A stretch of DNA of 64,000 nucleotides from Tubulanus polymorphus (Eukaryota; Animalia; Nemertea). Made by a program: the position numbers and the translations under genes. The stretch is from contig NC_134025.1 in NCBI RefSeq assembly GCF_964204645.1, positions 22,982,299 through 23,046,298 on the forward strand. Direction: 5' to 3'. Under the pieces are notes generated by a model, which worked only from the letters and a program-made list of their open reading frames with translations, ran no database searches and had not been told where the DNA came from. Below, one piece after another: positions 58,368-64,000 of this stretch (the stretch's first letter is position 1; each line of letters opens with the position of its first letter).

Positions 58368-59145
58368 CGTCAATAGCGTTGAGTATAGTCTGTTGTTTTA
58401 GGAGTTATAATATGTGTATGTACTGTTTACAACATTCTGAAAGTGGTCAATATGGTTTGATGCACACATCGTCGGATCAAGTATGGATTCAGTGTAGCAA
58501 AAGATATAATAAAATGACCCCTAGATAAATTATTATAACAGTCTGTTACGTAATAAATGACATCTTGTGAATATTTTAGATACGATAACCGAACCCAAGT
58601 GTAGGCTTCGCTTCTTTTGGATTTTATCATGCGTTGCTCTCGTCGTCAAACTTTGATGAATAATTTGGTTGTATCATTTTTAAAAAGTGGGTGAAAATCA
58701 ATTATGTTAACTATTTTGTGCAAGCTGATTGACCGAAACTTCATTGTACAGGTTTTGTAAAAAAAAATATTGTAATAAACATGCTTGGTGTTAAATTATA
58801 TTCATTTTGGTTTTCATTAGTTTTAGGTACAATGTATATATTGTTAAGATAAGTCGGTTTCAATCAACTATTATAAATCGGATGTTTATTGAAATATTCT
58901 TATTGCGCTATGTTGAGGCGGCGTCTATTCTTTGCGTGGTGAACCCCCGATACACCACCCGTGTTAGTACCCCTGACAAACTGCCACCCAGCCCTAACAC
59001 CAGTTTATTTCGGAGAATAAAACGTATTTCATCTAAGAATTAGTTGAAATAAACCCCGATTCACCACCAACCTCGTAAATCACCGATGAGGGTTGTGTAT
59101 CTGAGACTGGCACTACATTCAAAGCTATGATGCTACTTGTGCATA

Positions 59146-59303
59146 CAGTGGAACCTCATTACAGCGAACTTCACAGGACCAGAAGATATGTTCGTTATAA
59201 CCGATAGTTTGTTATATCCATTATGAAATCAATCAAATTTTCTTACTTGGGACGAAATGCTATTGTTATATCCGATGAATCATTGTTCGTAGAGGTTCCA
59301 CTA
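59146..59303. mobile_element. Tc1/mariner-type MITE (TA-flanked, CAGTGGAACCTC termini)
   Basis: TA|cagtggaacctc ... gaggttccact(a)|TA with internal ttcgttata repeats. Confidence 0.7.
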
Positions 59304-60293
59304 TAGGTAAATTCCACAGAAATAACGAATTATTGTTTTCAATGAAAAACTAATAATCTTTATTCAACAACAACTAAAATCATTTGTAGAAGCCGTGAAC
59401 ATCGTATTATGCCATAACATAGTCTGCCACGAGCTGGTGACAATCATTAGGAAGAGTCGTGTACAACTTTCTGTTGTTTTTGTCCACAGAAATGATTAAT
59501 TCTAGAATAAATATATTGGTATATATATTTCAGTAAAAACAATCTATGGAAAACATTTCCACTTACCGTATTCAAAGCATATAAAATTATAGCATTTAAT
59601 AATTTGTTAAAAATATCTCATATGATACACTCTGGACGGATTTATGGGCCAACACTCTGGACATTCTAACATGAAAATCTTGACAAGACTTGTAACCAAC
59701 TAGATATAGCAAGTAAACGAGATTACATGAGACTTAAATTAATGAAAAAACTTTACTATCAGCAAAAATGAATTCCAAAGCAAAACCATAGGCCTATTTT
59801 ATACTTTATTAAATCTAGACCCATAGAACAGTGATTAGTAGAGTAGTTTATTAGATGCTTGCCAAATCCAAAATACATACATGTAATTGTGAATGAGACC
59901 AAAAAGCTAAAAACCCACATCAAAATAACCGAGACAATATGGAAGTGACAAATTCTTATAAAACACAACAGTCATGGAAAAAAATAAACCTCGTTCTTCA
60001 TCACAGATAAGGATAGATCTACAATGATGGGTTCCTAAACACAGTTATACATATATAACTATTGAAGGGTTCAAGATGAACACATCTATGGATGATATAT
60101 TTTAACTGCATATTTGCGACTTATTTTGCATTACTGCATTACAAGCTAATCTTTAAAGCTCCCAGTATCTTATGACGCACGCGTGAAGATACTGCAACGT
60201 GGAGCTGGATATCACTATAGTTAATTTTACAGAATATGTAAAAACAGGTTCGATAGATTCGTTGATCTTTCAAGCTATGCTTCGATTGTCTTG

Positions 60294-62264
60294 TCAAGAG
60301 TCGAAAAAGTCATCAATACATCTAGGTTCAGCTGCTGTTTGGTTAATTGGTGGAAGTTTTCGAGGATGCTGCTGATCAAAATTGTCATTTGTACTAGCGC
60401 TGATCCCTCTCGTTCCATAATAACCACTGTCTACGCTCTTAACTTTATTCTCCTTATCTTTATTGTTGTTGTATGTCGGCTCTGATTCATCAAGATTTTC
60501 ATCATCGAGCCAAGAATCAACTGAAGTTTGGAAACATTATTACACGTGAGTTATTTATGGCTTTAATATGTATTCAGTGGGGGCGTTACGTCATTTTAGA
60601 TTTGTAAACACAGAAATTCTATTTTGACCTTTTTAATCCTGACCAATGAATCTTCCCATGTTATGTCTGATTTCTCTCACTTTCAAATTAATGACTGAAA
60701 TACTTACCATCATCATCCTGGTTAAACTCTGTGTCTTTCTCAACTTCGATATCAGCGTCTTCATCTGCCATCATACTTATTCGCTTTGCCTGAAATATTT
60801 ACCAAATCTATTATCAACCGATCTAGACACGCAAGGATGTGCAGTAGACAATCTTAACTGCATCCTTAATGGGCGATCGTAGAAGGTCTATTTTCTGTTT
60901 GAGATCAACGCTATTAGAAAGGTACGCAATTTGATTCAATTCTGGTTCAGCCAATCTGAATCGGAGATAAGTAGAGTCTACTGTGAACATTGTACCTTAA
61001 CAACACCAACTTTGCACAACATCAAATCCTACCTGGTTATGATTCTGTCATGCGGTAATGAAATAGCACGAAATTCATAGAATAATTTTTACTCAAATAT
61101 TAAGCACAGTCACTAACGGCAATTCAAAATCTAATACTGGTACCTTTTCTCGAGCACGTTGAGCCCTTTCTTCGCGAAGTCTTTGTTTTTCTTTGATTTC
61201 GTTAAGGCGAGCTTCTCTTTTTTTATCAGCAGTTAATTGTTGTTCTTCTATCTGTAATAATTGATTTTTTTCAAATGATGAATAAACAGAGAGATTCTCG
61301 GATACTATTTTCAGACCATCCTCACTTGCCAGGGTTTGATTGCCTTCCACCGAAGCTCACACAAACAGACCCTTCATTGGACTATTACAACACTGAACAT
61401 TTTTTTTTTGCGGACAGGTTGCCACTCAACAGCCACCAGTCTATGTATTAAGCCAATCAGATGTGTTGTTTTTCAGCGGCAGATTTGCTCTATCAATACT
61501 ACACATCTGATTGGTTTAACAAGAGACTGGCCGCTGAATGGCAACCTGTCCGCCAAAGACATTTTGGGCAGTGTAGACCCTGGCAAACGAGGATGTTTTC
61601 GGAGGACAAAGAAGGCCTAAACTAACCCCAGTTTTCTGACGAGCTAATGAAAATTTTCGAGCCTCCTCTATTTGTGATCTGCGTCTCGACGACCTGCGAC
61701 TTAATTCTTTCACTTTTTCAAGTTCCTGAAACAGTTTTTATCAATACATTCATCTCCATCACATCAAACATTATGAAGTATGAAAAAGTTTTTGAAGTAA
61801 CCCTACATTCATTCTCTTTTCTTCGGCTGTTTTTTGTTTTTCGATCAGCATGTCGGCTGTTAATTTTGAAGCACCTTCTATTGGAGCGAGTCGTTGAAGC
61901 CTTTTCGGTGGATGCTTTTTGATGATTTCTGCGGTCTCATTTTCATCCAACGATACATCAAATGCAATCGGTTTGGGAACTAGTAAACGATAGGGAAAGC
62001 AGCATGAATAGATATTGCACTACATTTAACTAATTCATTTCAAATTGTAGCTCAATATTTACCATCAATGTTCGAATTACTGTCACGCTTCTTTTTACTT
62101 GGGTTCTCAGCAATTTTAGGCAGAGGTTGGTGGTTTTTTCTTACACTGACAGTACTTGTTTTTAATACTGCAGATTCTGTTTCACATTTTGTTGCTGTTG
62201 GTGTGACTTGATTATTTGATTTGGTGGCATGAACCCCAGAATCTGTTGAGGGTCCACAGCCCAT
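60294..62264 (-). CDS. CCDC198 (C14orf105)/stathmin-domain-like coiled-coil protein with MGC lipidation N-terminus
   Basis: Exons ~62264-62063, ~61980-61806, ~61725-61646, ~61265-61145, ~60788-60708, ~60520-60294. MGCGPS start, VPKPIAFDVSL..EIIKKHPPKRLQRLAP, a long charged coiled coil, DSWLD, and C-terminal DDFFDS*, as recalled for CCDC198-type proteins. Confidence 0.65.
61317..61595. mobile_element. Palindromic MITE in an intron of the CCDC198-like gene
   Basis: Outer arms catcctc..ttgccagggt / accctggcaa..gaggatg; inner arms ccaatcagatgtgt / acacatctgattgg. Confidence 0.65.
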
Positions 62265-63090
62265 GTCTGATGAAGTGTGTTGATTGAGTCTGAAATCATA
62301 TAGATATAGCCATAAGAAAAATATAGACCTTTCATTCGGTGGTGAAAAAAGAAAAGCCGTCACTTTTTGATTGACATTTTTAGTTTTTACTACATATATG
62401 TTACGTTTATAGCTCAGAAAATACGTTAAAACGTAATAACTAACTAACCTAAGATTAAAATGACTCTACCCTCTCTCTGTATCCCACAAAGAACTTGAAA
62501 GTTTGGTATAGATGATATTATCGGCTAAAAAGATTCATCATTAATGATTTAGCCTATTTACTTCCGCATTCTGACGTCATATTGCCTGGAAACCGATAAA
62601 CTATCAATCGCAACTGTTCGGGAACTTCCGTGATAATCAGGGAGCATAGTGTTTTTATGAACAGCCAAGTTCGCGACATTTTAAGGGACTCGAACCCGCA
62701 TAATGCGGGGTTGTGCGCGGGCTCGCTGTGGTGGGTTCGTACATATAAACTTCAGTTTGTAGGGCGGACACCATATCGGACAGTTCCTAATTCTAAGATT
62801 TAAAAAAACTTCAATGAATTGAAAAATCACGTACACCAGGTGTCACATATTTGGCGTTATTAGGCAGAAAAAAAAATCCGTACGAATCACCTGACTTGTC
62901 TTGGAAACCAATTTAGCTAAGGCTATAGGGAGTTTTCAATATTTATTTAGTGCACATCACTTTGTGTTAGGAATGTCCGTGCTGATTGTTCTCCTTTAGA
63001 AACTATTAAGCATACTAAATGCAGCCAGATTCCAAATTATTTGAAAAAAAACTGATTAGACCATCGTCATGATCATGCTGCTTCGCAATA

Positions 63091-63256
63091 CAATGGAACC
63101 TAGTCGTTATACGGAACTCGGATACAATGATTCATCGGGTAACAAATATGGAATTTCGTCTAAGAAAATTTAATCAAATTTTCCTACTGGATATATAACG
63201 AACGGTAACAACGAGCATATGTTCTGGTCCCATGAGTCGTTGTAACGAGGTTACTG
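63091..63256. mobile_element. Degenerate Tc1/mariner-type MITE
   Basis: ta|caatggaacct ... gaggttactg; related to 59146-59303. Confidence 0.5.
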
Positions 63257-63389
63257 TTTCGCTGCAACTTACAGGCCAATGATTCTTTTGGAGGGTGGCG
63301 AACCCTTGACATTAGTCATAGGAGAGACGGTGTAAATTGAAGAAGTCCCACAGTTCAAATTTAATATGAAATAATCTATTAGAACGAAA

Positions 63390-63431
63390 CCACGACGTTT
63401 CGGCTGTTGACTAACAACCATCATCAGGTGG
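63390..63431 (-). ncRNA. Minimal type I hammerhead ribozyme (Penelope-like element type)
   Basis: Minus strand CCAC-CTGATGA-T-GGTTGTT-AGTC-AACAGCC-GAAA-CG-TC/GTGG: complete core, 4-bp stem I, 7-bp stem II, ACGU palindrome in place of stem III, GUC cleavage triplet. Embedded in a ~270-bp PLE-tail-like segment with ATTAAA downstream. Confidence 0.8.
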
Positions 63432-64000
63432 AATGACCAGAAAACAGAAGTAACGTTGCATACAAACTTACAGGACATTAGCGAAAGCGAAGTGTCCATA
63501 ATAAATCTAAACAGAACAAGTGACAAATCAAAACAACCAGGGGTACCGTAGAAACCACCAAATTCTATGAACAGTTAGGATGAATACAAATTAAAGAGAC
63601 AATGTATTTTATATTTTGAATTATACACTATCAATTTAATCATTTCCCAAAATCACTTATGTATCATGTGAAAAATCGATCCACATGGGATTTACTTTTT
63701 TTTCAGGGATTCAATTGTCGGAAGAAGTGATATTTAGTGTTCTGAGTACTCTTCATTTAATTCTGACTATTAATCTAAATGTTCATGGCAATATATTCTG
63801 TAACTCGTTAAATGGGGTATGATTATATATTTGATCACTTTTGACATGTTTAGGGGCTGGAATTAAATGGATATACGATCTAACTGAAGATTTATTTATT
63901 CAAATGTGCCGTTGGTGATATATGAGGCGCGCATGAATTGCGTAACCATTACGTCACATATCACAATACGGTTCGATACTCGTTTTGCGGATTATAATTG

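Noticed and set aside
58014-58373. 119-aa minus-strand ORF
   Set aside because: Antisense to the last SNW1 exon and the preceding intron
62684-62740. GGTTCGAGTCCC B-box-like motif suggesting a tRNA gene
   Set aside because: No cloverleaf or A-box; it is part of short AACCCGCA inverted repeats

Overview
AT-rich, intron-containing animal genomic DNA, probably from an invertebrate bilaterian (inferred from gene content, short GT-AG introns and repeat types). Genes I could assemble by hand: ASB8 (+), a 106-aa GON7-like gene (-), THUMPD2 (+), ZC3H14 (-), glutaminyl cyclase QPCT (+), SRF (-), FAM177A1 (-), SNW1/SKIP (+) and a CCDC198-like coiled-coil gene (-). There is also a putative lipid-anchored 90-aa microprotein, one clear and one faint class-A GPCR pseudogene, many MITE/SINE remnants, and Penelope-type hammerhead ribozyme motifs (one intact, two as palindromic relics). 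The most notable unexplained signal is a compact ~200-nt, extensively self-pairing, possibly pseudoknotted RNA-like element just upstream of ASB8 that I cannot assign to a known family. Also notable are three clustered CArG boxes in the SRF promoter, suggesting autoregulation. Gene names come from recalled motif similarity, not database searches, and internal exon coordinates were read by eye.
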